A stretch of DNA of 64,000 nt from a virus (Duplodnaviria; Caudoviricetes): positions 13,639 to 77,638 of the IMG/VR virus record IMGVR_UViG_3300025867_000014. One strand, given 5' to 3'. The notes beneath the pieces are model-generated. The model worked only from the letters and a program-made list of their open reading frames with translations. It searched no databases and was not told the DNA's origin. Positions 19,909 to 29,915 of this stretch are shown here, piece after piece. A program made the translations under genes and the position numbers. Positions within the stretch are counted from its first letter, which is position 1. The number at the start of each line of letters is the position of its first letter.

Positions 19909-21701
19909 TGGAACAGAAAAGAATTTTACATCCCGAAAAAAGATACGAAAAGGCACCAAGCGAAGAAATGTCAATTTCTGTAACGCTTCAGGGTAATAGA
20001 AAATTATTAACCAACGATGACAGGGATGTTGTATTGAATGTTGCTGAATTATTTAATACAGAAAGACAAGAAAGTAAAAATTATAAGATATATGGAAAAA
20101 TAAAAATGGTTTTTCGTAATATGTACAGCGGAGGCACTCAATATGATTATTTACTTCAAAGGCTTGCTCTTGTTGGTGATGGATCTAATGGAAATTTCGA
20201 AGGATATTTACCATATAACGAATTTGCATTTTTAAGGCAAGATGTTCTTCGTGAAACTATACCAACGCCAAAAGTAGATGATTATTATGCCTTTACAGGA
20301 TTTACAACAACAATAACAGGAACAACAGGGTCTACCTTACACAATACAATTACGCCGATAAACGCCCCATATTTCAATTGGAATTTACATCTATCATATG
20401 TTTATACTCACGACGCTAATTTTCCAATGATGTACACGCTTAGTGGTCACACAGGATTAACTTGTAACGGTGTTCAATGTATATCTTTTGTTAGTGGTGA
20501 TGGAATACCATTTAGAGTAACTGAAAATGGTAGTACATATAAATTAACTAGTCCTGTTGAACACGGAATGAATCAGGGGGAATATATTATTCTTGATAAT
20601 TTTCCATATTATATTAACTATGTTGCAGACGAAACATACAATTCAGACAAATATGTTATAAACATAATGAAAAGTCAAATACCATCTGGTGTAACGACAT
20701 TTTCAAATCTAATAGTAATAGGAAAAAGATGTTTGGATAAGGAAAATATAACAGGAACAACATCCCAATATTATGTTCATAAAATGAAAACATTAAGGGG
20801 TGTTGATGATTATATTTTGGATAAAGCGGGATTTGAGTCACCAATTTGGAGGGATGAAAAAAAGATATTATTTGAAAACAGCGAAGGTACAAATGATGTA
20901 CTTGTTGAAAGAAATCGAATGGAGAGTGTTCTATTTGATATTAAAGAACCGTTTATTTTAAGTGGATTAACAAATAATTTAGGTTATCTTCCAACGGAAG
21001 TTTATATATCCGTAGTATTAAGAAACGGAAACGGATATTTTGTGTATCCACCGAAAGTTGGGTTTAAATTCAATTTTCATAATTATTGGATTGATGAACA
21101 TTTTAGTGGAACGGATTCATTAGAAAGCGCATTAACGGGAACACCATTTAGCCGAAATGGTAATGGAGAATCGTTTTTATTTACTAGTGGAAATACCATA
21201 CCAACAGGAACAATATTAACAGGGGCATTCATTGAGTATGTTCCAACGGAAATGAAAGAAAGAGTTATTTCGGAGTCGTTATATAAATTTTATTGTGATC
21301 CTAATAATTTCAATTATGGGCAAACAGGGCAAACCGCAACATTTTCTGGGGCAACCATAGATAATCCTTTTGGATATTTCTATCAACCACATTATAGAAT
21401 AAAATTAAGGGAATTATCACCATATGTGGAGACAACCGATGTTTTAAACATAGAAAACTTACCACAAAACGCAAAATATTTTAGTAATGAAAATCTATGG
21501 AAATGGCGAGATTTATATGACCACGGATACATCGATGATTTAGGATACGGCACAGATTATCCATTCATCAATAATATTCATTATGTTAAGTCTGACATTA
21601 ATTTTTATTTAAAGAATGAGGAATTATATACAAATAAAGCGGACGGACTATACAGTTTCAATGCAACAACCAATAACGGACAAGATAAAATAAATTGTTA
21701 A
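19908..21701 (+). CDS. Putative baseplate/tail structural protein (597 aa)
   Basis: TAATG-coupled to both neighbours in the structural cluster; rich in [S/T]GxT. Confidence 0.65.
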   Translation: MEQKRILHPEKRYEKAPSEEMSISVTLQGNRKLLTNDDRDVVLNVAELFNTERQESKNYKIYGKIKMVFRNMYSGGTQYDYLLQRLALVGDGSNGNFEGYLPYNEFAFLRQDVLRETIPTPKVDDYYAFTGFTTTITGTTGSTLHNTITPINAPYFNWNLHLSYVYTHDANFPMMYTLSGHTGLTCNGVQCISFVSGDGIPFRVTENGSTYKLTSPVEHGMNQGEYIILDNFPYYINYVADETYNSDKYVINIMKSQIPSGVTTFSNLIVIGKRCLDKENITGTTSQYYVHKMKTLRGVDDYILDKAGFESPIWRDEKKILFENSEGTNDVLVERNRMESVLFDIKEPFILSGLTNNLGYLPTEVYISVVLRNGNGYFVYPPKVGFKFNFHNYWIDEHFSGTDSLESALTGTPFSRNGNGESFLFTSGNTIPTGTILTGAFIEYVPTEMKERVISESLYKFYCDPNNFNYGQTGQTATFSGATIDNPFGYFYQPHYRIKLRELSPYVETTDVLNIENLPQNAKYFSNENLWKWRDLYDHGYIDDLGYGTDYPFINNIHYVKSDINFYLKNEELYTNKADGLYSFNATTNNGQDKINC

Positions 21702-22543
21702 TGAAAATTGTAACACAAGATAGTGATTTATCTTTGAATTTGAATATTCAAAACGACTTCAAACTTGATTTGGGACGAGAAGATAACCTGAAAGATTTCG
21801 AATCCGAAACGCTTAGGAATATTATTAACCCAATTGAAAACTATGAAACATCCAGATTCATTCATAAACCATATTCCGGAATAACAGCCAATCCAAATGA
21901 TTTACAATCGGATATTTGGTTTGAATTCTATTTTTATAACAATTTAAACACGCCAACACATTTAGGCGGGATGAATTACGAATTTGTGGGAATCAGTAAA
22001 TCCGAAAATATGAAGATGTTGAAACAAGCAACCGAAAGTTTCTTCAGATTAGAGTTTTACAAAGTTCCGAGTGGGCAAAAACCCGAAAAGACAAATAGAA
22101 GGTTGGTTTTTGCAAGAAATTTAGCTCTACCATTAGGTGAAAGAATACTTGGAAGAATAGATAACCAATATCAATCGATAGAAGATTGGGACTATCTTTT
22201 TGTTCCTGTTTTTGTTGGGTCAAACTACAAAAATAAAGAAAATATGTACATATTTTGGTTTCAAGATGATAGTTCATTCGATGCAGAGCCAATTTTGACA
22301 GGAAATACATTTTATATGACGGCAAGATTCTTTAATGCGGATGACGGAACGATACTGAATTTTTCAAATAAGGATAAAGCAATAACAGATAATATAAATG
22401 AAAATGATGATATGTATTTTGAGGTTGAAATAGATAAAACTGATTATTCGTATCAAGTTTTCAGATATGACGGAGCAAAAGGAGTAAGAATAGGCCAGAG
22501 TGGAAACCCAATAAGATTTTATGAAATAGCCGGCGGAGCATAA
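21701..22543 (+). CDS. Putative structural protein
   Basis: ATG at 21701 overlaps the upstream TAA; structural cluster. Confidence 0.65.
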   Translation: MKIVTQDSDLSLNLNIQNDFKLDLGREDNLKDFESETLRNIINPIENYETSRFIHKPYSGITANPNDLQSDIWFEFYFYNNLNTPTHLGGMNYEFVGISKSENMKMLKQATESFFRLEFYKVPSGQKPEKTNRRLVFARNLALPLGERILGRIDNQYQSIEDWDYLFVPVFVGSNYKNKENMYIFWFQDDSSFDAEPILTGNTFYMTARFFNADDGTILNFSNKDKAITDNINENDDMYFEVEIDKTDYSYQVFRYDGAKGVRIGQSGNPIRFYEIAGGA

Positions 22544-22544
22544 A

Positions 22545-23465
22545 ATGGAAGATAATAGATATAGAATAGTAAAACCGCTAACAGGGTCAACTATATTCGA
22601 TTTACCCGTGTTTCTGACGAGCTTTGCAGAGCAGTTAGGGGTAATGGTCGGTTTTGATGGAAATGTCGCCCAAGTTGAGGAAACTTCGAATTTCACTTAT
22701 AGTGGTAATTCTAATACAATAACAATATTCAATACGGTTAATACAAATAAGTTATCATTTTTGGTAGAGTCTATTTTTACAATTTATTGGGGTGATGGAT
22801 CATCAAGTGTTTTACCAATGACAGGTATAAATGATTTAAATCTATCGTCAATATCACACACATACACGGTAACAGGAGAAACAATAATAAGGGTTACTAT
22901 TGAATCACCGTGGACGGTAAATGAACTTCAAAAAACCGTTCAAATCCCATTTGTACCATTTGATTTTCCAACAGATTTAGGAACATTAACCTTCACGGTT
23001 CCATATAGCGACCCACCTGTGACTACATCACAAACATATTTGGTTGACTATAAAACACAAACAGGACAAACGCTCGAAACTGTGATAGGATTTCAGGCTG
23101 TTGGAAAAAGTAGAGTAGATGAATTCAGACTATATGGAACAGGAAACCAATATTCGGGGATTACAATCGTTTCTGGGTACACAGGTTACACGATTGATGG
23201 TTTAACATACATTGATACCCCTGACGGGGATACTATCATTACAGGGTCTACAGCTCAATATTATGATGATGAGGTGTATAATGGAATGATAACAAGAAAT
23301 GAACATTTTATTGGATTTGTGGAAGAACCTGACATATATTCCGATGTTTTTGTCGAAAGAGGAAAAATGGGAGTGATGGAAAAGAATCTTCGTTTAACTG
23401 AAATTGATAATACCGGGGAATTAGAAATCTACGGTAATGGATATTTCAATGTACGAAAACAATAA
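22545..23465 (+). CDS. Putative structural protein with PKD-like beta-sandwich
   Basis: FTIYWGDGSS...ISHTYTVTG is a PKD-like signature. Confidence 0.6.
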   Translation: MEDNRYRIVKPLTGSTIFDLPVFLTSFAEQLGVMVGFDGNVAQVEETSNFTYSGNSNTITIFNTVNTNKLSFLVESIFTIYWGDGSSSVLPMTGINDLNLSSISHTYTVTGETIIRVTIESPWTVNELQKTVQIPFVPFDFPTDLGTLTFTVPYSDPPVTTSQTYLVDYKTQTGQTLETVIGFQAVGKSRVDEFRLYGTGNQYSGITIVSGYTGYTIDGLTYIDTPDGDTIITGSTAQYYDDEVYNGMITRNEHFIGFVEEPDIYSDVFVERGKMGVMEKNLRLTEIDNTGELEIYGNGYFNVRKQ

Positions 23466-23523
23466 AAATTATATTTATAAAAAAATACCCGATAAAGAAT
23501 AAAATTAATTAAATAACAATAAA

Positions 23524-24432
23524 ATGAGTGTTGGTGCATACGGATTAATCAGGCCAGCGGATGTTTCACCCGCCGATGTTGATATTATTTTTCACTATGT
23601 TGCAAATAGAACAGCAAATTCTCCCGTTACATTGAAGAAATTGACATCAACAGATGTGCTTACCCCTGTATTCCACAATGCGGATACCGGTGGAAATGCT
23701 GATGTTGAGCTTTTAGGTGGAATGTATAATTTAAAGTTAGATTCTGGGGACTTTTCAGACCTCGGAATTTACACATTATATATGAGGCCCAAAGAAATAA
23801 GAACAGTAATTACAGATTGCGGTGTTTTATCATCTTTACCATCGGTAAGAGGGTTGGTTATAGATTTAGCCAATGTATCAAGCGATGATAGAAATAAATT
23901 TACACCACAAGGATTAGTTGGGTATCGAATTGAATATTTGGATTCAACAACCAACGAAAAAGTACCAAACATATATAGAATTGTAACATCATCATTTTAT
24001 TGCGAACCAATTACATCCAATTTATCCAACACAACACAAAAAGCGTTAAGATATAGGTATTCTGATGTAGCAACGAACTTAATGTTTTTGACATTAACAC
24101 CAACATCTGCCCCATCATCAAGGCCGAATGTTGTTCCATTTATAGGACAACCTAATCAAAAAATTATAATGACAAACACATATTTTAATCCAACAACGAT
24201 TGAAATAGAATTAGTTGAACACGACTTTACTACATTATCTTACGCATTGTACAGTAATCAAAGTAAGGCAGTTGCCAGCGGTGTTTACACAGTATATGAC
24301 AATAATAACAATATCTACAAACAATGGAACTTGTACGAAATTAAAGACGAGTTTAATGAAACTCTATATGAAATTAGAGAAAAGAAGACAGATATTGATG
24401 AATCATTAAATTTTGACCTTATTACAGAATAA
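23524..24432 (+). CDS. Putative structural protein (302 aa)
   Basis: Long ORF coupled by TAATG to the next gene; preceded by TATTTAT at 23472. Confidence 0.65.
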   Translation: MSVGAYGLIRPADVSPADVDIIFHYVANRTANSPVTLKKLTSTDVLTPVFHNADTGGNADVELLGGMYNLKLDSGDFSDLGIYTLYMRPKEIRTVITDCGVLSSLPSVRGLVIDLANVSSDDRNKFTPQGLVGYRIEYLDSTTNEKVPNIYRIVTSSFYCEPITSNLSNTTQKALRYRYSDVATNLMFLTLTPTSAPSSRPNVVPFIGQPNQKIIMTNTYFNPTTIEIELVEHDFTTLSYALYSNQSKAVASGVYTVYDNNNNIYKQWNLYEIKDEFNETLYEIREKKTDIDESLNFDLITE

Positions 24433-27400
24433 TGGCAACTACAAAAACACCTAATCAATACGCGAGTGGCGCCGAAACATTTAGTGACAACCTAGTTGGG
24501 TTTCAAGTAGTCGATGGTGTAAGTCAAATGACTAACACATCATTTAACATTGATAGAATTATACCAGAAAAGGATAGTAAAACATTTCAAACACAACCTT
24601 TTTCTGATTTTTTGACATTGGACACTATTAATCAAGAAGAAAGCCAGCAAGATACCACTAACACAACGACATCATCATCCACAAAAACATCGGATAAGAT
24701 AAAATTCTACGATGCAAAAGATGATGGGTCAAAATCGTTGTTTGGGTCGCTTAGCCGTAGATTAAATGTTGCTGTAAATAATATAATTACAAAATTTCCA
24801 GCCGCTTTATATGTTGACATTGATTCACCGATTAAAACAACAAATTTAAGCGCGGAATCGGTTGTTTATGATTTAAAAACAAAACAAACCACATTTCAAG
24901 TACAAAATAGTCTTATTTTTAATCCGTTAGATATTCTTCTTGTTGAACCAAAAAGTAATACTAAACCAACAACAACAAATACCATAAGAAATTTTTATTC
25001 TTCTTATACAAAATATGTTATTGAAATAAGCGGGGCAACTTACAATATTGTAAATTATACCGAAGTTGATACTACGAATAAAATAACATTACAGGTTAAT
25101 GGTGATTGTTTTTCAGGTCAAACAGGGTACACAGCAAGTTATTTAATCAGGCCGAATAATGGTATTGTTGAAGAATTTTATAGTAATCTTGATGAATTAG
25201 AAATAATCTTGATGAACAGGGAAACTATTCCAATGTATCAAGCACCGTTCAAAGTCCCAAGAGATTTAAATGGCGGATCATCAACAGAACTTGTGACTGA
25301 AATAGTAACATGGCCGACAACAAAAGACGGGTGGAATCCTCAAATTATGGGGATTGATTTTGATTATTATTTGGAGTCATTAGTATCCATTGGGCAAGAT
25401 ATTGACACATATAAATCAAATTTAGTTGTAAGGTTTTTAACAGCACCGCAATTATTTGAATTTGATACGCCAGAAAACAAGGCCGAAGCAATATTCCAAA
25501 TATACGGACAAAGTTTCGACCAAGTAAAGAAATTTATTGATAATATTGCGTTTATGCGTAATGTTACCTATGATAAAATCAATAATGTACCTGATTTATT
25601 GTTAAAGAATTTAGCAACAACATTAGGTTTGTCAACTATTGGATTATTCGATGAAAAATCATTACAAGATTCTTTATATACAAGAACTGACACGCAATAC
25701 ATCGGATTAAACATTGGAAAGAATTTAGTTGAAAGTGAATATGAATTTTACAGAAGAATACTTGTAAATCTGGCTCAATTATTCAAATCAAAGGGAACAA
25801 GAATGGCGATTGAATTTTTCTTAAAATTCATCGGCGCACCCGAACCAATGATAAGATTTGACGAATACATTTATAGGATAGACGGGCCGCTTCCAAAATC
25901 AACATTTGAGGATGATATTAGGGCCGCAATTCAAGGAAACTATGTATCATATAGTGCATTATACACAGGAGCAACGCCTACTGGAAATGTAATTTATGCT
26001 CCATTACAAGTTTCTCCACCATTACCACTAGTTGCCCCAAAATATGTTCTTACAGGAACAACAGGGTCAACAACATTAACAAGGGATGAGTATCCAGTTG
26101 ACCCAAATACTGGATTACCAAGAGGAATGCAGTCATCAGATGGATCTGTATTTTTTGAATTAGGTGCAGGGTGGTATAGAAAAACCATAGACCATAGGTC
26201 ACACGATATTTTAGATACCGATAATTCAATTCTTACAGGTAGAACAAAAACTATTAAAACGATGTCTAAACCATTCACATATGGTGAAGATTATTTTGAT
26301 TATTACCGAAAACTACCCGGATTAGATTATGGTTATGATTTAACTGCCGAGATTGATAATTCGAAGACAGAAATAATCAATACTGAAGCAGAATCACGAT
26401 ACATCTTAAACAGAAAAAATATTAATGTATTTTTATCTTCGGATAGGGTGGTTGATTTTGACATTTATACAAAAAGTAGAAATCTTTTATTAACATTTGG
26501 AACTATGACCCCGCCAACGGGAATGACATTTGCAGAATTTTTATCCGATTCGATAAGTGATGTCATTAAAAATAGTAACACGATAAAATATAAGAGATAC
26601 TATCAATTTTTGGATGAGATATATAACGATTATAAGAATAGTAGTGGATTTACACCATATAACTATATCAAAGTAAACGAATTTATTGAAAGAATGAGTC
26701 CATATTGGACTGAAATCATCGACCAATTTGTACCAGCAACAACACTTTGGTTAGGTGGTAATTTAATTGAAAACGGAACATATAATAGGTCTAAATTCTG
26801 GTATCGAAAACCTTGTACTCCAATTGAACTTTCAGAAACACTATATCCCGATTTTAATGCGGTTATAGAAGAAGATTTGGAAACAATATTAGGTGGTGGA
26901 ACAACCAAAGGAATAGATACAGCCGAAGCCAATTTAAGGGGTTTATTTACCTTTAGTGGTTTAACCTATGTATTATATATCGATGTAAATGGACATATTT
27001 TTAGTGGTACAACAGACCCTATCACAACCGATTTGTTTACTGGGTTTACTCCAACAGCAGATTGTACATCATTAACAAGTTCAACCGAATCAATACCATT
27101 GATTTGTGATTATAAAGATTTAATTGAACCAAATATTCCGGGGATAAAAACAATGTGGATAGCTGGAATACAAGATTTAGTAAATGAAATAAATCTTCAA
27201 TCAAATGAAACGGGAGTATCAGTACAAGTGATATTCTTTACCGATGAAAATGGTATTGAGAAAGTCAAATTCATTTTGATGAATGAAGAATGTAAAGAGG
27301 GTGAAAATGTTGATTTCTATTTTGAACCTGTTTATAATGTTCCGAAAAGAACTTGTGATTTAAGAGTTGAAATAAGAACGCCAAATGTAAAATACACAGG

Positions 27401-29894
27401 AGATATTGATGCTTGTAAACTAAAAAGTGATGTTTTTATTACTGTTGTTGATGAAAACTATGATGGGCGTGGTGGGTTTGTTACAGGTATTGAAGATGGT
27501 AATCCTTTAAACTTACCTGTTAATATCTATGTGACTAGTGGAACAACTTGTTCAGGTGCAACATTATGCGCTGATTGTGGAACAGGATATACACCATATG
27601 ATGAAAATACTTGTTATAAAATTAATATAACAGGGGCAACGGCGCCTGTATCACCTATTAACTTAACGGGTACAACATATCAATATTGGAGTCAATTCGG
27701 AACAAGAATATTTGACAAAATATATGTTGATGGCGGATACTTTGGGACGCCACCAATACAAATTCTATCAACGCCTTACTTGTGGCAATGCACGACAATT
27801 GCCCCATACCTAGATAATGGCCCGCTAAATAGATGTGGGGTTTGGACGGCTGGTAGTAATTTACCGTATAACACTTGGATTGGATTTGGTAAATGTTTAA
27901 CAGGAATTACAGAAACAAAAACATATTATATTGGTCTTGGTGCTGATAATCATTTTAGATTGGTATTGGATGGTACTGAAATTCTTAACACAAAAGTTGC
28001 ATCACATTCGGAAAATATAGACCGACATTTTAAATATTGGAACATGTACCCACTTGAAATTGGGGCTGGCGACCATGTTATTGAAGTTTATGGATTAAAT
28101 GAAGTCTCAGCGGCGGGATTTGGTTGTGAAATATATAATGCAACACTTGCCGAATTAACGGGAGCAACAACATATAATGATATTGCAAGTAAAGTAATAT
28201 TCACAACAAGTGGTCAGACACAAGCAACGATTGTACAAGATTTAAATGGAACATACATAAGTTCTGGTTATACTTGTCCAACTGGATATGTATATTCAGA
28301 ATGTAGTGGAAATTGCGTTGAATATGTGTTCTGTGAAACAACAGCAGTAACAGGTGAAACAGCGGGTATTTGTACAAACTGTGGTTTTGCTGAATTAGAT
28401 ATAACACCAATAGAAGCAACAGCGTCTGGTTGTACATATTTGATTTCAGGAATGACAGAAACCGACATATATGACATTATTATTTCGGATGCGGCAAACT
28501 GTGAGCAAAAATTTAGAATAGAAGGATTAGAACCAAAAATTGAAAATATTAATGGGGTTAGTGGATATACGATATATCCAAAAGTTCAATATAAAACGAC
28601 ACACAATTTCGGAATAAAACAAGGGACAGTGGTTTATAAAGAAGTAAATTATGTTCCATTGATTGTATGGGAAGATTTAGATAATGCACTAACTAACGGT
28701 GATTATGTTGATGTTGCAATTGAAGATGTTAAAGTTGGTGATATTTTATTGTCAATTACCCCAAAAAGTTTGTCACAAATTTCAATATCACAATTACAAT
28801 ATGCGTTTCAAAATAACGATAGTTTTGATTTTACATTTGATTACAACCGAATAACAGTAACTAATGTTGAATGTTTAAGCTCGATAAAAAGAAGTATTGT
28901 TAATGATGAATTTGTAATTTTACCAACAACAAAATTGTATGTATATTCAAGTATGAATGAGAACTTGGATAAAGTTCCCCGTCATTTCACATACAAATAT
29001 CCAGAGGATTTATTTATCAAATCAGCAAATCAACCTGATCCTTGTTGTGGGTATCCATTAGGATATTATGAAGAAAGTGATTATTTAGTTGACCAATATG
29101 GTTTCCTTATTGAAGTAACTAGTGTAAATTTAAATTATTGTGATGGTGGTATCTATTATCAAATTGATTTTGTAGAGACGCCAACACCCGGGCCATTATT
29201 TTCCATACCTCCAACACCAATAGCGTCAACGAGGGTGGTATTGTTTAATGGTTCATTAACAGGTACTACAAGAATAATTGTGGGATACAAGTATCAACAT
29301 TTTGAATGTTTGGATATGAAAACACAACAATATTTCATTAATAGTATTTGTACAGATGTGCCAACAGTTGAGGAATTGGAAAGAACACCTTGCGATAATC
29401 CTGATTGTTCACAAACAGATTGTTATTTTGATGCAGAGTTTAATAATTACACTACTATGGAATGTTTATCAGATATACAAATAATTGCAATTTATGATAC
29501 CGCTGAGGTTGATTCGATTGGTGGACATAAATGTGATACTGCTAAATTCATAGTAACCGCAAACGACATCACAATTGGAACAATTAATTTGAATAATACG
29601 GGTGTTGATGATTACTTTAATTATCCTCCGGGCGAAGATGCTGATACATATTATCCAGAACCTAACTACAATAGATATTCTGTAATTACAATGTCATCAG
29701 ACCAAGCAAAAACAATATCAGACGCAGCGTTAGATGGAATAGTTGAACTCCAATTAAATTGTGCATACGCAGAAGGATGTCACGAAACGATAACTCATAT
29801 TCAAATTGTAAGAAATAATGAGGTTATATATGATGGATATCCAGTTGGTGGAATATTAAGAATGAATCCTTGTTCGGGACAAATATTTGAATAA
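24432..29894 (+). CDS. Giant baseplate/tail protein (1820 aa) with a P2 gpI/T4 gp7-like segment and an inserted lectin-like module
   Basis: LLKNLATTLGL...YRRILVNLAQLFKSKGTRMAIEFFLKFIG resembles tail protein I-like wedge motifs; module at ~27550-28340 is paralogous to the next gene. Confidence 0.6.
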   Translation: MATTKTPNQYASGAETFSDNLVGFQVVDGVSQMTNTSFNIDRIIPEKDSKTFQTQPFSDFLTLDTINQEESQQDTTNTTTSSSTKTSDKIKFYDAKDDGSKSLFGSLSRRLNVAVNNIITKFPAALYVDIDSPIKTTNLSAESVVYDLKTKQTTFQVQNSLIFNPLDILLVEPKSNTKPTTTNTIRNFYSSYTKYVIEISGATYNIVNYTEVDTTNKITLQVNGDCFSGQTGYTASYLIRPNNGIVEEFYSNLDELEIILMNRETIPMYQAPFKVPRDLNGGSSTELVTEIVTWPTTKDGWNPQIMGIDFDYYLESLVSIGQDIDTYKSNLVVRFLTAPQLFEFDTPENKAEAIFQIYGQSFDQVKKFIDNIAFMRNVTYDKINNVPDLLLKNLATTLGLSTIGLFDEKSLQDSLYTRTDTQYIGLNIGKNLVESEYEFYRRILVNLAQLFKSKGTRMAIEFFLKFIGAPEPMIRFDEYIYRIDGPLPKSTFEDDIRAAIQGNYVSYSALYTGATPTGNVIYAPLQVSPPLPLVAPKYVLTGTTGSTTLTRDEYPVDPNTGLPRGMQSSDGSVFFELGAGWYRKTIDHRSHDILDTDNSILTGRTKTIKTMSKPFTYGEDYFDYYRKLPGLDYGYDLTAEIDNSKTEIINTEAESRYILNRKNINVFLSSDRVVDFDIYTKSRNLLLTFGTMTPPTGMTFAEFLSDSISDVIKNSNTIKYKRYYQFLDEIYNDYKNSSGFTPYNYIKVNEFIERMSPYWTEIIDQFVPATTLWLGGNLIENGTYNRSKFWYRKPCTPIELSETLYPDFNAVIEEDLETILGGGTTKGIDTAEANLRGLFTFSGLTYVLYIDVNGHIFSGTTDPITTDLFTGFTPTADCTSLTSSTESIPLICDYKDLIEPNIPGIKTMWIAGIQDLVNEINLQSNETGVSVQVIFFTDENGIEKVKFILMNEECKEGENVDFYFEPVYNVPKRTCDLRVEIRTPNVKYTGDIDACKLKSDVFITVVDENYDGRGGFVTGIEDGNPLNLPVNIYVTSGTTCSGATLCADCGTGYTPYDENTCYKINITGATAPVSPINLTGTTYQYWSQFGTRIFDKIYVDGGYFGTPPIQILSTPYLWQCTTIAPYLDNGPLNRCGVWTAGSNLPYNTWIGFGKCLTGITETKTYYIGLGADNHFRLVLDGTEILNTKVASHSENIDRHFKYWNMYPLEIGAGDHVIEVYGLNEVSAAGFGCEIYNATLAELTGATTYNDIASKVIFTTSGQTQATIVQDLNGTYISSGYTCPTGYVYSECSGNCVEYVFCETTAVTGETAGICTNCGFAELDITPIEATASGCTYLISGMTETDIYDIIISDAANCEQKFRIEGLEPKIENINGVSGYTIYPKVQYKTTHNFGIKQGTVVYKEVNYVPLIVWEDLDNALTNGDYVDVAIEDVKVGDILLSITPKSLSQISISQLQYAFQNNDSFDFTFDYNRITVTNVECLSSIKRSIVNDEFVILPTTKLYVYSSMNENLDKVPRHFTYKYPEDLFIKSANQPDPCCGYPLGYYEESDYLVDQYGFLIEVTSVNLNYCDGGIYYQIDFVETPTPGPLFSIPPTPIASTRVVLFNGSLTGTTRIIVGYKYQHFECLDMKTQQYFINSICTDVPTVEELERTPCDNPDCSQTDCYFDAEFNNYTTMECLSDIQIIAIYDTAEVDSIGGHKCDTAKFIVTANDITIGTINLNNTGVDDYFNYPPGEDADTYYPEPNYNRYSVITMSSDQAKTISDAALDGIVELQLNCAYAEGCHETITHIQIVRNNEVIYDGYPVGGILRMNPCSGQIFE

Positions 29895-29915
29895 ATTAAA
29901 ATTATATAAAGAAAC